64,000 nucleotides of DNA from Tagaea sp. CACIAM 22H2 (GTDB lineage Bacteria > Pseudomonadota > Alphaproteobacteria > CACIAM-22H2): contig PVXE01000003.1 in assembly GCA_014444615.1 (NCBI GenBank), forward strand, positions 83,793 to 147,792, given 5' to 3'. This document shows positions 41,160 to 52,072 of the stretch, one piece after another. Position 1 is the first letter of the stretch, and each line of letters starts with the position of its first letter. Under the pieces are notes generated by a model that did not search any database, was not told where the DNA came from, and saw nothing but the letters and a program-made list of their open reading frames with translations. Made by a program: the position numbers and the translations under genes.

Positions 41160-42506
41160 ATGACCAACACCAAACGCCTTGCGACGCGCGGCGCCCTTGC
41201 GGCGGCGGCGTTCATGGCCTTCGCGGGGCCGGCCTTCGCGGACGACGCGAAGATCGATACGGGCGACACGGCGTGGATGCTCACCTCCACCGCCATCGTT
41301 CTGATGATGACCATTCCGGGCGTCGCGCTGTTCTACGCCGGCATGGTGCGCAAGAAGAACGTGCTCGCCACGCTGATGCAGTCCTTCGCGATCACGGCGC
41401 TGATTTCGGTGTTGTGGATGGTCGTCGGCTACTCGCTCGCCTTCGGCGAAGGCGGCGCCTTCATCGGCGATTTCTCGCGCGTCTTCCTGTCGGGCATGAC
41501 CTGGGACAAGCCCTTCACGCTGGGCTCTGGCGACGGTGCGGTCGCCTTCACGATCCCCGAAGTCGTGTTCGTCATGTTCCAGATGACCTTCGCGATCATC
41601 ACGCCGGCACTGATCTGCGGCGCCTTCGCCGACCGCTTCAAGTTCTCGGCGCTGCTGTGGTTCATCGGCCTGTGGTCGATCCTGGTCTACGCGCCGGTCG
41701 CGCACTGGGTGTGGCATCCGAACGGCTGGCTGTTCGCGCTGGGCGCGCTCGACTTCGCGGGCGGCACGGTCGTGCACATCAACGCCGGCATCGCGGGCTT
41801 GGTCGCGGCGATCGTCGTCGGCAAGCGCAAGGGTTACGGCACGGAGAACTTCTCGCCGTTCAACCTGGTGCTGGCCGTCATCGGCGCCTCGCTGCTGTGG
41901 GTCGGCTGGTTCGGCTTCAACGCCGGTTCCGCCGCCGCCGCCAGCGGCCGCGCGGGCATGGCCATGCTGGCCACGCAAGTCGCCACGGGTGCGGCCGCTT
42001 TGGCGTGGATGTTCGCCGAATGGGCGACGCGCGGTAAGCCGTCGGTCCTGGGCGTGATCTCGGGTGCGGTCGCCGGCCTCGTCGCGATCACCCCGGCCGC
42101 GGGCTTCGTGACGCCGGGCGGTTCGCTGGTCATCGGCGTCGTCGCGGGCGTGGTCTGCTTCTGGGCCTCGACCTCGCTCAAGAAGGCGCTGGGCTACGAC
42201 GACTCGCTGGACGTATTCGGCGTGCATGGCGTGGGCGGCATCGTCGGCGCGCTGCTGACGGGCGTGCTGGCCGCCGGTGCCCTGTCGGTGACGGATGCCC
42301 TGCCGGAAGGCCTGCAAGGCCTGCTGGAAGGCAATCCCGGCCAGTTGATGATCCAGGTCTACGCGACCGCCGCGACGCTCATCTACTCGGGTGTCGCTTC
42401 GCTGATCCTGCTCAAGATCGTCGACGCGATCGTGGGCCTGCGCGTCTCGGAAGAAGCCGAGCGCGACGGTCTCGACCTGTCGCTGCACGGCGAAAGCGTG
42501 CAGTAA
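41160..42506 (+). CDS. amtB: ammonium transporter
   Basis: 448 aa from MTNTKRLATRG; signal peptide, 11 TM, Amt signature region. Confidence 0.9.
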   Translation: MTNTKRLATRGALAAAAFMAFAGPAFADDAKIDTGDTAWMLTSTAIVLMMTIPGVALFYAGMVRKKNVLATLMQSFAITALISVLWMVVGYSLAFGEGGAFIGDFSRVFLSGMTWDKPFTLGSGDGAVAFTIPEVVFVMFQMTFAIITPALICGAFADRFKFSALLWFIGLWSILVYAPVAHWVWHPNGWLFALGALDFAGGTVVHINAGIAGLVAAIVVGKRKGYGTENFSPFNLVLAVIGASLLWVGWFGFNAGSAAAASGRAGMAMLATQVATGAAALAWMFAEWATRGKPSVLGVISGAVAGLVAITPAAGFVTPGGSLVIGVVAGVVCFWASTSLKKALGYDDSLDVFGVHGVGGIVGALLTGVLAAGALSVTDALPEGLQGLLEGNPGQLMIQVYATAATLIYSGVASLILLKIVDAIVGLRVSEEAERDGLDLSLHGESVQ

Positions 42507-42537
42507 CACCCTTCCCGCAAGGGACGGACGTTACGAA

Positions 42538-42570
42538 CGGGCCGGTCGCAAGACCGGCCCGTTTCTTTTT
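42538..42570 (+). terminator. intrinsic terminator after amtB
   Basis: CGGGCCGGTC-GCAA-GACCGGCCCG hairpin followed by TTTCTTTTT. Confidence 0.7.
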
Positions 42571-42652
42571 GGGCGCTGCCGGACGACGGCTGTCACAAAT
42601 ATGACTCCAAACCGCAATCGCGGTTCGCTAGTTTCCGACGCGGGGAGAGTTC

Positions 42653-43687
42653 ATGTCGGACGTCGTCGTCGAGAAACTTGCGCGTCATTGGGGTACGACC
42701 AAAGCCCTGGACGGCGTGTCGTTCAAAGTCGAAGCGGGCAGTTTCGCGGTCTTGCTGGGCCCGTCGGGTTGCGGCAAGTCGACCTTATTGCGCCTGATCG
42801 CGGGCCTGGAATCGCCGACCGGCGGCTCTATCCGCATCGCCGGCCAGGACGTGACCGGCTTGCCGCCCGCCAAGCGCGGCATCGCGATGGTGTTCCAAAG
42901 CTACGCGCTGTTCCCGCATCTGTCGGTCGCGCAGAACATCTGCTTCGGCCTGGAGGTGCGCCACGTGGACGCGGCCGAGCGCAAGCGCCGGCTGGAACGC
43001 GCGGCCGAATTGCTGGGCCTTGGCAAACTTCTCGACCGCAAGCCCAGCCAGCTTTCCGGCGGCCAGCAGCAGCGCGTGGCGCTGGGCCGTGCGATCGTGG
43101 CGCAAGCGCCGGTCTGCCTGATGGACGAACCGCTGTCGAATCTCGACGCGCAATTGCGCCACGAGATGCGCCTGGAGATCCGCGAACTTCAACGCCGCCT
43201 GTCGATGACGATGATCTACGTCACCCACGACCAGGTCGAGGCGATGACGATGGCCGATCAGGTCGTGCTGCTGCGCGACGGCAAGATCGAGCAGGACGCC
43301 GCCCCGGACGCGCTTTACGCGCACCCCGCGACCATCTTCGCCGCGCGCTTCATCGGCACGCCGCCGATGAACGTCGTGGATCTCGACGACGAAGGGCGCA
43401 TCGCCGACGCGCCCGGCGGCGCCGGCGCGCTGGGCGTGCGGCCCGAGGATATCGTCGTCGTGCCGATCGAAACGCCGGGCGCCGTGCAGGCGCGGGTCGA
43501 ATCGATCGAGTATCTGGGCGCCGACACGCTGGTCGCCGCGCGTAAAGGCGCCGGGCGGCTGGTCGCCCGCGTTCCGGGCAAAGCCAAGATCGAAGCGGGT
43601 GCGGCCATCGGCCTCGCCTGGACACAAGAAGCGCAACATATCTTCGATAATCGGACGGGGCGGCGGGTCGCCGATCCGCCGGCATAA
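42653..43687 (+). CDS. sugar/glycerol-3-phosphate-type ABC transporter ATP-binding protein (MalK/UgpC family)
   Basis: 344 aa; Walker A GPSGCGKST, LSGGQQQRVALGR; C-terminal TOBE-like domain. Confidence 0.85.
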   Translation: MSDVVVEKLARHWGTTKALDGVSFKVEAGSFAVLLGPSGCGKSTLLRLIAGLESPTGGSIRIAGQDVTGLPPAKRGIAMVFQSYALFPHLSVAQNICFGLEVRHVDAAERKRRLERAAELLGLGKLLDRKPSQLSGGQQQRVALGRAIVAQAPVCLMDEPLSNLDAQLRHEMRLEIRELQRRLSMTMIYVTHDQVEAMTMADQVVLLRDGKIEQDAAPDALYAHPATIFAARFIGTPPMNVVDLDDEGRIADAPGGAGALGVRPEDIVVVPIETPGAVQARVESIEYLGADTLVAARKGAGRLVARVPGKAKIEAGAAIGLAWTQEAQHIFDNRTGRRVADPPA

Positions 43688-43702
43688 ACAAGGGAGAGTC
43701 AA

Positions 43703-44998
43703 ATGACCGTTTCGAAATTCGGACGTCGCGGCTTCGTCGCCGGCGGATTGGCAATGGCGGGTGCGGCCAAGCTGGCGGCCCCGGCATTGGCGCAAGGCCA
43801 GACGCGCCTCAACTTCTACTATCCCGTCGCCGTCGGCGGCCCGATCACCAAGCTGATCGACACGATGTGCGCCGATTTCGAGCGCGAGAATCCGTCGATC
43901 AAGGTGCAGCCGATCTATACGGGCTCGTATCAGGACACGATCGCCAAGACGCTGACGGCGCTGAAGTCGAACGACTTCCCGCATTTCGCGATCCTGCTGT
44001 CGACCGATATGTTCACGCTGATCGACGAAGACGTGATCGTGCCGTTCGACGATTCGGATCAGGCGTGGATCAAGAGCTTCTATCCCGCGTTCATGGAAAA
44101 CAGCCAGGCCGAGGGCAAGACCTGGGGCATTCCCTTCCAGCGCTCCACCATCGTGCAGTACTGGAACAAGGAATTGTTCAAGGAAGCGGGCCTGAACCCC
44201 GACGTGCCGCCGAAGACCTGGGCCGACCAGATCGAGATCGCGCAGAAACTGACCAAGCGCGACGCGTCGGGCAACACCTCGCAATGGGGCATGCAGATCC
44301 CCAGCTCCGGCTTCCCCTATTGGCTGTTCCAGGCGCTGACCACGCAGAACGACGTGCGCCTGATGAACCCGGAAGGCACGCGCACTTTCTTCGACGATCC
44401 CAAGGTGGTCGAGGCGCTGCAGTATTGGATGGACCTGTCGATGAAGCACAAGGTGCATCCGACCGGTATCGTCGAATGGGGCACCACGCCGCGCGATTTC
44501 TTCGAGCGCAAGGTCGCGATCATGTGGACGACGACCGGCAACCTGACCAACGTGCGCACGAACGCGAAGTTCGATTTCGGCGTGGGCATGATGCCGTTCG
44601 GCCGGCGCGGCGGCTCGCCCACCGGCGGCGGCAATTTCTACGTCTTCAAGAAGGCGAACGCCGCCGAGCGCGCGGCGGCCACCGCCTTCGCGAAATTCGT
44701 CACGCAGCCCGAACGCGCCGCGCAATGGGGCATCGACACGGGCTATGTGGCGGTCACGCCGGCCGCGTTCGAAACCCAGCGCATGAAGGATTACGTCGCC
44801 GGCTTCCCGGCGGCGGCGGTCGCGCGCGATCAGTTGCCGCTCGCCTGGGCGGAATTGTCCACGCACGACAACCAGCGCGTCACCAAGGCGCTGAATGACG
44901 GTCTGCAAGCCGGCCTGACGGGCGCCAAGTCCGCCCAGGTCGCGATGGCCGAGGCGCAACGCGAAGCCCAGCGCTTGCTGCGCCCCTTCCAGCGATAA
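43703..44998 (+). CDS. ABC transporter substrate-binding protein, family 1 (UgpB-like)
   Basis: 431 aa; Tat-like signal (GRRGFVAGGLAMAGAA); CUT1 SBP fold. Confidence 0.85.
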   Translation: MTVSKFGRRGFVAGGLAMAGAAKLAAPALAQGQTRLNFYYPVAVGGPITKLIDTMCADFERENPSIKVQPIYTGSYQDTIAKTLTALKSNDFPHFAILLSTDMFTLIDEDVIVPFDDSDQAWIKSFYPAFMENSQAEGKTWGIPFQRSTIVQYWNKELFKEAGLNPDVPPKTWADQIEIAQKLTKRDASGNTSQWGMQIPSSGFPYWLFQALTTQNDVRLMNPEGTRTFFDDPKVVEALQYWMDLSMKHKVHPTGIVEWGTTPRDFFERKVAIMWTTTGNLTNVRTNAKFDFGVGMMPFGRRGGSPTGGGNFYVFKKANAAERAAATAFAKFVTQPERAAQWGIDTGYVAVTPAAFETQRMKDYVAGFPAAAVARDQLPLAWAELSTHDNQRVTKALNDGLQAGLTGAKSAQVAMAEAQREAQRLLRPFQR

Positions 44999-45005
44999 GG
45001 AGCGA

Positions 45006-45040
45006 CGGGGCGGCGGATCGATGCCGCCGCCCCGGTTTTC
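45006..45040 (+). terminator. attenuator hairpin after SBP gene
   Basis: CGGGGCGGCGG-ATCGAT-CCGCCGCCCCG perfect stem followed by GTTTTC. Confidence 0.45.
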
Positions 45041-45046
45041 CCGCGC

Positions 45047-45922
45047 ATGAGCAAAGCAAGAGCGACGATCTACGGCTGGCTGCTTCTGGGTCCCGCCTTC
45101 GTGCTGCTGGCCGCGTTCACGCATTGGCCGGCGATCGCCACGCTCTATCACTCGTTCCATTCGACCGCGCGGCGCAACCGCCCGTCGGTCTATGTCGGGC
45201 TCGACAATTACCAGGGCATGATCGACGACCCTGTGTTCTGGCAGGCGTTGATCAATAATTTCTGGTACGCGGTCGGCACGATTCCCGTGTCGATCGGCCT
45301 TGCGCTGCTGATGGCGCTGTGGGTCAACGAAAAACTCGCCGGGCGCACTTGGCTGCGGCTTGCCTATTTCACGCCGACCGTGCTGCCGATGATCGCGGTC
45401 GCGAATATCTGGCTGTTCTTCTACACGCCCGACTACGGGCTATTCGATCAGATCCGCGGGTTGTTCGGCCTGCGCGCGACGAATTGGCTGGGCGAACCCG
45501 GCACCGTGCTCGGCTGCCTGATCGTGATGACGATCTGGAAGGAAGCCGGGTTCTTCATGATCTTCTATCTGGCGGCCCTGCAATCGATGCCGCCCAACCT
45601 TGCCGAGGCGGCGGCGATCGAAGGCTGCGGGCGCTGGACCTTCTTCCGCCGCGTGACATTCCCGCTGCTGATGCCGACCACGCTGTTCGTGCTGGTCAAC
45701 GCGGTCATCGGCGCGTTCCGCATGGTCGATCACGTCGTGGCGTTGACCGCCGGCGGGCCCAACAACGCGAGCATGCTGCTGCTGGTGATGATCTACGACG
45801 TCGCCTTCCGCTATTGGGACGTCGCCTATGCCGCGACGCTGACGGTGGTGCTGCTCGCCATCCTCGGCACCGTCGCGCTGATCCAATTCGTCGTGCTCGA
45901 GAAGCGGATCCACTACAGATGA
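45047..45922 (+). CDS. carbohydrate ABC transporter permease (UgpA-like)
   Basis: 291 aa, 6 TM, EAA motif region. Confidence 0.85.
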   Translation: MSKARATIYGWLLLGPAFVLLAAFTHWPAIATLYHSFHSTARRNRPSVYVGLDNYQGMIDDPVFWQALINNFWYAVGTIPVSIGLALLMALWVNEKLAGRTWLRLAYFTPTVLPMIAVANIWLFFYTPDYGLFDQIRGLFGLRATNWLGEPGTVLGCLIVMTIWKEAGFFMIFYLAALQSMPPNLAEAAAIEGCGRWTFFRRVTFPLLMPTTLFVLVNAVIGAFRMVDHVVALTAGGPNNASMLLLVMIYDVAFRYWDVAYAATLTVVLLAILGTVALIQFVVLEKRIHYR

Positions 45923-46746
45923 GCGACGCCCTGGCACCACGCGGGCTCGGCCGCGCGCTCGAAACCTTCGGCGCTTGGGCGCTGGCGATTTTCTGGGTCG
46001 CCCCGCTTCTCTATTGCGTGTGGACCGCGTTCCACCCGCCGGAATACGCGACCAAATTCGTGTTGTGGGCGCCGCTGTCGGTCGAGAATTTCGTCAAGGC
46101 GTGGAACGCCGCCCCGTTCGCGCGCTACTTCCTCAACACCTTCGCGCTGGTGACGATGGTGCTGGCGGGGCAGCTCGTGCTCGTCACCCTCGCCGCCTAT
46201 GCTTTCGCGCGGTTCGAGTTCATCGGGCGCGACATCGCCTTCGCGCTCGTCCTCGTCCAGCTGATGATCATGCCCGACGTGCTGCTGGTCGAGAACTACT
46301 TGATCATGGCGCAGCTCGGCCTGGTCGATACGATCTTGGGCATCGGCCTGCCCTATTTCGCCTCGGCGTTCGGGATTTTCTTGCTGCGCCAAACGTTCAA
46401 AGGCCTGCCCAAAGAATTGGACGACGCGGCGCGCGTGGAAGGGGCCGGCGTGCTGGTCACGCTGTGGCGGGTTTACGTGCCGCTGGCGCGGCCGACCTAT
46501 ATCGCCTTTGGCCTCGTCTCGGTCAGTTATCACTGGAATAATTTCCTGTGGCCGCTGATCGTCACCAACTCGGTCGAAACCCGGCCGTTGACCGTGGGTT
46601 TGCGGGTGTTCACGGCGATCGAGCAGGGTGTCGACTGGTCGGTCATCACGGCCGCGACGCTGATGAGCTGCGGGCCCCTGCTGATCGCCTTCCTGCTGTT
46701 CCAGCGCCAATTCATTCAGAGTTTTATGCGCGCCGGCATCCGCTGA
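45919..46746 (+). CDS. carbohydrate ABC transporter permease (UgpE-like)
   Basis: 275 aa from MSDALAPRGL; ATGA overlap with preceding permease. Confidence 0.85.
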   Translation: MSDALAPRGLGRALETFGAWALAIFWVAPLLYCVWTAFHPPEYATKFVLWAPLSVENFVKAWNAAPFARYFLNTFALVTMVLAGQLVLVTLAAYAFARFEFIGRDIAFALVLVQLMIMPDVLLVENYLIMAQLGLVDTILGIGLPYFASAFGIFLLRQTFKGLPKELDDAARVEGAGVLVTLWRVYVPLARPTYIAFGLVSVSYHWNNFLWPLIVTNSVETRPLTVGLRVFTAIEQGVDWSVITAATLMSCGPLLIAFLLFQRQFIQSFMRAGIR

Positions 46747-46809
46747 CGCTTTTCCGTAACGCCGGGAAATGGCAAACTGGCCGTCATAAATAACGGACAG
46801 GGGCAATCC

Positions 46810-48402
46810 ATGGGCATTCGGACGGCTTTGCGCGCATGCGGTTTTGCGCTGGTATTCGCGGCTTCCGCCGCTTCCGCGCAGGTGACCTTCAATCGCGGTT
46901 ACGACGCCGATCCCGAGACCCTCGATCCGCACAAGACCTCCACGGTCTCCGAAGCCCATCTGATCCGCGACCTGTTCGAAAATCTGGTCATCCACGATGC
47001 ACGCGGCCGCGTGGCGCCGGGTGTCGCCGAAAGCTGGACGGTCTCGCCCGACGGCAAAAGCTACACCTTCGCCTTGCGCGCCAATGCGCGCTGGTCGAAC
47101 GGCGATCCGGTCGTCGCGGGCGATTTCGAATATTCGCTGAAGCGGATCATGACCCCCGCGACCGGCGCCAAATACGCGAACATCCTTTACCCCATCCTGA
47201 ACGCCGAGGCGTTCAACAAGGGCCAGGGCAAAACCGCCGACGACATGGGCGTGAAGGCGGTCGATACGCGCACGCTGCGCATCGACCTGGAACGACCCAC
47301 GCCGTATTTCCTGGAATTGCTGACGCACCAGACCGGCGCCCCGGTGCATCGCCCGTCGGTCGAGCGTTTTGGTGCCGATTTCGTGAAGCCCGGCAATCTC
47401 GTGTCCAACGGCGCGTTCCGTCTGGTCGAGAACGTGCCCAACTCGCATATCCGCCTCGCCAAGAACCCGACCTTCCATGATGCGGGTGCCGTGAAGGTCG
47501 ATATCGTCAACTTCATCCCGCATCCCGATCTGGCGGCGGGTGCACGCCGCTTCCTGGCGGGCGAGTTGCACGTCACGACCGACATTCCCGCCGATCAGAT
47601 CAAGTTCCTGCGCCAGCGTCTGGGCGATCAGGTCAAGATCACGCCCTATCTCGGCACGTGGTACTTCGCCTTCAACACCGCGAAGGCGCCGTTCGACGAC
47701 GTGCGCGTGCGCCGCGCGCTGTCGATGGTGATCGATCGCGAGTTCCTGGCCGAACAGGTGTGGCAGGAAACGATGGTGCCGGCTTTCGGCTGGATTCCGC
47801 CCGGCATCGGCAATTACGTGCCCAATCCGGTCGAGGTCGACTACAAGACGAAGTCGCCGATCGACCGCGAGGACGAAGCCAAGAAATTGCTCGCCGCCGC
47901 GGGTTTTGGGCCCGGCGGCAAGAAGCTGAGCGTGCAGATCCGCTACAACACGACCGACAACAACCGCGCTTCGGCCGTCGCAATCGCCGATATGTGGAAG
48001 CAGATCGGCGTCGAAACGACCACGATCAACACCGATACGCGCACCCATTTCGCGCATTTGCGCGACGGCGGCGATTTCGACGTCGCGCGCGCGGGCTGGA
48101 TCGGCGATTACTCCGACCCGCAGAACTTCCTGTTCCTGCTGCAAAGCGACAACAAGGGCTTCAATTACGCGCGCTGGTCTAACGCCGAGTTCGACGCGCT
48201 GATGAAGCAGGCCGGCGAAGAGATCGACCTCGGCAAGCGCGCGCAAATTCTGGCCCGCGCCGAGGCCATCGTCGCACGCGATCATCCTTATGTCGGGCTG
48301 CTGTTCTATTCGAACCGCAATCTGATCTCGAACAAAGTCGAGGGCTATATCCCCAATCTGCGCGGCGCCAACCCGTCGCGCTTCGTGTCGATCAAGAACT
48401 GA
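46810..48402 (+). CDS. peptide ABC transporter substrate-binding protein, family 5 (DppA/OppA-like)
   Basis: 530 aa with signal peptide. Confidence 0.85.
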   Translation: MGIRTALRACGFALVFAASAASAQVTFNRGYDADPETLDPHKTSTVSEAHLIRDLFENLVIHDARGRVAPGVAESWTVSPDGKSYTFALRANARWSNGDPVVAGDFEYSLKRIMTPATGAKYANILYPILNAEAFNKGQGKTADDMGVKAVDTRTLRIDLERPTPYFLELLTHQTGAPVHRPSVERFGADFVKPGNLVSNGAFRLVENVPNSHIRLAKNPTFHDAGAVKVDIVNFIPHPDLAAGARRFLAGELHVTTDIPADQIKFLRQRLGDQVKITPYLGTWYFAFNTAKAPFDDVRVRRALSMVIDREFLAEQVWQETMVPAFGWIPPGIGNYVPNPVEVDYKTKSPIDREDEAKKLLAAAGFGPGGKKLSVQIRYNTTDNNRASAVAIADMWKQIGVETTTINTDTRTHFAHLRDGGDFDVARAGWIGDYSDPQNFLFLLQSDNKGFNYARWSNAEFDALMKQAGEEIDLGKRAQILARAEAIVARDHPYVGLLFYSNRNLISNKVEGYIPNLRGANPSRFVSIKN

Positions 48403-48430
48403 TTCCGGCGGCGCGGCCGGACACGACCGC

Positions 48431-49351
48431 ATGCTCGGCTTCGTTCTTCGACGCTTCTTGAGCGCGATCCCGACTCTGTTCGTCGTGATCACGCTCTCGT
48501 TCTTCCTGATGCGCCTCGCCCCCGGCGGCCCGTTCGATCTGGAACGGCCGCTGGAGGCGAAGATCATGGAGAATTTGCAGCGCGCCTACGGCCTCGATCT
48601 GCCGCTGCACGAGCAATATCTGCGCTATCTCGGCAATCTGCTGCGCGGCGATCTGGGCCCGTCCTTCTTCATGCGCGACTTCTCGGTCGCGCAGATTTTG
48701 ATGCAAGGGCTTCCCGTCTCGATGGCGCTGGGCGGCGGCGCCATCCTGCTGGCGCTGGTCCTTGGGGCCGGCCTTGGCGCCTTCGCCGCGATGCGCCAGA
48801 ACACCGGTGCCGATCACGCGGTCGTCGGCTTCGCGACCGCCGGCGTGACGATCCCCAATTTCGTCGTCGCCCCCGTGCTGCAAATCGTATTCGGATTGAC
48901 GCTCGCCTGGCTGCCGGTCGGCGGATGGAACAACGGGGCGCTGCGCAATGTGATCCTGCCGGTGATCGTGCTGGCCCTGCCGCAGATCGCCGTGGTCGCG
49001 CGCATGACCCGCGCCGCGATGATCGAAACCTTGCGCGCCGACCATATCCGCACGCTGCGCTCGTTGGGGCTGGGGGGCCGTCACGTTGCCGAGCACGGGT
49101 TGCGCGCGGCCTTGCTGCCGGTCGTCTCGTATCTCGGCCCCACGGCGGCGGCGCTGCTGACCGGCTCGGTCGTGGTCGAAACCATTTTCGGCCTGCCCGG
49201 CATCGGGCGCTATTTCGTCGAGGGTGCGCTCAATCGCGACTACACGCTGGTGATGGGCACGGTCGTCGTCGTCGCGGTGTTCGTGCTGGTCTTCAATCTG
49301 ATCGTCGATATCCTTTACGCGCTGCTCGATCCGCGCGTGCGCTACGAATGA
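48431..49351 (+). CDS. peptide ABC transporter permease (DppB-like)
   Basis: 306 aa; starts MLGFVLRRFL... typical of DppB/OppB. Confidence 0.85.
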   Translation: MLGFVLRRFLSAIPTLFVVITLSFFLMRLAPGGPFDLERPLEAKIMENLQRAYGLDLPLHEQYLRYLGNLLRGDLGPSFFMRDFSVAQILMQGLPVSMALGGGAILLALVLGAGLGAFAAMRQNTGADHAVVGFATAGVTIPNFVVAPVLQIVFGLTLAWLPVGGWNNGALRNVILPVIVLALPQIAVVARMTRAAMIETLRADHIRTLRSLGLGGRHVAEHGLRAALLPVVSYLGPTAAALLTGSVVVETIFGLPGIGRYFVEGALNRDYTLVMGTVVVVAVFVLVFNLIVDILYALLDPRVRYE

Positions 49352-50445
49352 GTACGGCCGGAAATTCGCTGTGGGCCGATGCGGCACGGCGTCTGCGGCG
49401 CAACCGGGCGGCGACGGCGAGCCTTGCCATGCTGATTCTGCTGGCGCTTGCCTGCGTCTTCGGCCCGATGCTGGTCGGCAACGCCTATGACCGCGTTTAT
49501 CCCGATTACGTGCGCGTGCCGCCGTCGCTGCAAGCCCAGCCGACGGCCGATCTGATCGCCCCTGCGGTCGAACGCATCGCGTCGCGCTTACGCGCCCGCG
49601 CGACGGATATTTCACGCGACGGCGATACGCTGAAGATCGTGCTGGAAGCGCCCCGCGCCATCGACGAGCGTTCGCTCGCATTTTTCGAACGCTCCGATTT
49701 GTTCGCAGCAGCACGCGTGATGTCGCGCGAAGATGACGGCAAACGTTTGACCGTCGAAGTTCCGCTGGAACGGAATTACTTCTTCTTCGGCACCGACGGC
49801 AACGGCCGCGATTTGCTGGCGCGCACATTGATCGCCGGGCGCGTCAGTCTCGCCATCGGTTTGCTGGCGACCTTCGTCGCCATTTCCATCGGCGTCGTTT
49901 ACGGCGCCGTCGCCGGTTTCGCGGGCGGGCGCATCGACGCGCTGATGATGCGCGCGGTCGACGTGCTCTATTCCCTGCCCTTCATCTTCTTCGTCATCAT
50001 GCTAGTCGTGTTCTTCGGCCGCAATTTCGTGCTGATGTTCATCGCGGTCGGCGCGGTCGAATGGCTCGACATGGCGCGCATCGTGCGCGGCCAGACGCTG
50101 AGCTTGAAGCGCCGCGAATTCGTCGCCGCCGCCGAAACGCTCGGCGTAAGCGCCACGGGCATCCTTACGCGGCATATTGTTCCCAATACGCTCGGGCCCG
50201 TCGTCGTTTACACGACCTTGCTGGTGCCGAAGGTCATTCTGCTGGAAAGCTTCCTGTCGTTCCTGGGCCTGGGCGTGCAGGAGCCGATGACGAGCTGGGG
50301 CGTGTTGATCGCCGACGGGGCGCGCAACATCCAGGGCAACACGCATCTGCTGGTGTTCCCCGCGATCTTCCTGACGACGACGCTGTTCTGCCTCAACTTC
50401 CTGGGCGACGGACTGCGCGACGCGCTCGACCCGCGCGATCGCTGA
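49348..50445 (+). CDS. peptide ABC transporter permease (DppC-like)
   Basis: 365 aa from MSTAGNSLW; ATGA overlap; OppC-family C-terminal motifs. Confidence 0.85.
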   Translation: MSTAGNSLWADAARRLRRNRAATASLAMLILLALACVFGPMLVGNAYDRVYPDYVRVPPSLQAQPTADLIAPAVERIASRLRARATDISRDGDTLKIVLEAPRAIDERSLAFFERSDLFAAARVMSREDDGKRLTVEVPLERNYFFFGTDGNGRDLLARTLIAGRVSLAIGLLATFVAISIGVVYGAVAGFAGGRIDALMMRAVDVLYSLPFIFFVIMLVVFFGRNFVLMFIAVGAVEWLDMARIVRGQTLSLKRREFVAAAETLGVSATGILTRHIVPNTLGPVVVYTTLLVPKVILLESFLSFLGLGVQEPMTSWGVLIADGARNIQGNTHLLVFPAIFLTTTLFCLNFLGDGLRDALDPRDR

Positions 50446-50446
50446 C

Positions 50447-52072
50447 ATGGCGCCGGTCCTCGCCATTCGCGATCTCGATATCCGCTTCCGCACGGGGGCG
50501 GGCGAGTTGCACGCGGTCAAGCGCGTTTCCTTCGCGATCGAGAAAGGCGAGACGTTGGCCATCGTCGGCGAATCCGGCTCGGGCAAAAGCCAGACGATGC
50601 TGGCCGCGTTGGGTTTGCTCGCCGCCAATGGCGGGGTGACGGGTTCGGCGAAGCTGAACGGGATCGAGCTTGTCGGCGCATCGCAAAGCGCCTTGGACGA
50701 GCTTCGCGGACGCAAGGTCGCGATGATCTTCCAAGAGCCGATGACCTCGCTCGATCCGCTCTACACGATCGGCGCGCAACTTGTGAAAGTGCTGCGCCGC
50801 CACAAACCGATCAGTCGCGTCGCGGCGCGCGAGGAAGCGGCGGCGTTGCTCGACCGCGTGCGCATTCCCGATGCGGCCGCAAGGCTCGATTCCTATCCGC
50901 ACGAAATGTCGGGCGGGCAGCGCCAGCGCGTGATGATCGCGATGGCGCTGGCGCACGGGCCCGATCTGCTGGTCGCCGACGAGCCGACCACGGCGCTGGA
51001 CGTGACGATCCAAGCCGAAATTCTGGAACTGCTCGGCGCGTTGCAGCGCGAGCTCGGCATGGCGATCGCGTTCATCACCCACGATCTGGGCCTCGTGCGC
51101 CGCTTCGCCAAGCGCGTGATCGTCATGCGCGGCGGCGAGATCGTCGAGCATGGCGCCGTCGCCGATATCTTCTCGATGCCCAAGCACGATTATACGAAGG
51201 CATTGCTCGACGCCGAACCCGCGGGCCGGAAAGCGCCGGTTGCGGCCGATGCGCCGATTGTGCTGACCGCCGACGACATCCGCGTCGAATACGAAATCCT
51301 GCGCGGCATGTTCGGCCGCAGAACGCTGATGGTGAAGGCGGTCGACGGCGTATCGATCGCCTTGCGCGCCGGCGAGACGCTGGGTCTGGTCGGCGAATCC
51401 GGCTCGGGCAAATCGACGCTGGCGCGCAGCATCGTGCGCCTTGCCCCCGCGACCGGTTTGGTGCGGTTCGAAGATCGCGCCTTGTTGCCGCTGTCGAAGA
51501 GCGAGATACGCCCGATCCGCAAGACCCTGCAGATGGTCTTTCAGGACCCTTACGGCTCGCTGTCCCCGCGCATGAGCGTGGGCGAGATCGTGAGCGAGGG
51601 TTTGCGCGTCCACGAGCCCGGCCTGACGGCGTCGCAACGCGACGCGCGGGCGGCTTCGGCCCTCGAAGAAGTGCGCCTTGACCCGGAAATGCGCCGCCGC
51701 TTTCCGCACGAGTTTTCCGGCGGGCAGCGTCAGCGCATCGCCATCGCACGCGCGATCGTGCTGCGGCCCAAGCTCGTGATCCTCGACGAGCCGACCTCGG
51801 CGCTGGACCGCACGATCCAAAAGGCGATCGTCGAATTGCTGCGCGATCTGCAGGCGCGCCACGGTCTCGCCTATCTGTTCGTCAGCCACGACCTCGCCAC
51901 CGTGCGCGCGATGGCCGACCGCATCGCCGTGATGAAGGACGGCAAAATCGTCGAGGAAGGCGAGACGGAATCGCTGCTCGCCAACCCGCGCGCGGATTAC
52001 ACGCGGCGGCTGCTGGCGGCGGCTTTTACGGGGAAAGTGGAGCGGGTGAAGGGAATCGAACCCTCGTCGTAA
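50447..52072 (+). CDS. peptide ABC transporter ATP-binding protein with two fused ATPase domains (DppD/DppF-like)
   Basis: 541 aa; two Walker A and two LSGGQRQR signatures; last 35 nt overlap the tRNA-Gly on the opposite strand. Confidence 0.85.
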   Translation: MAPVLAIRDLDIRFRTGAGELHAVKRVSFAIEKGETLAIVGESGSGKSQTMLAALGLLAANGGVTGSAKLNGIELVGASQSALDELRGRKVAMIFQEPMTSLDPLYTIGAQLVKVLRRHKPISRVAAREEAAALLDRVRIPDAAARLDSYPHEMSGGQRQRVMIAMALAHGPDLLVADEPTTALDVTIQAEILELLGALQRELGMAIAFITHDLGLVRRFAKRVIVMRGGEIVEHGAVADIFSMPKHDYTKALLDAEPAGRKAPVAADAPIVLTADDIRVEYEILRGMFGRRTLMVKAVDGVSIALRAGETLGLVGESGSGKSTLARSIVRLAPATGLVRFEDRALLPLSKSEIRPIRKTLQMVFQDPYGSLSPRMSVGEIVSEGLRVHEPGLTASQRDARAASALEEVRLDPEMRRRFPHEFSGGQRQRIAIARAIVLRPKLVILDEPTSALDRTIQKAIVELLRDLQARHGLAYLFVSHDLATVRAMADRIAVMKDGKIVEEGETESLLANPRADYTRRLLAAAFTGKVERVKGIEPSS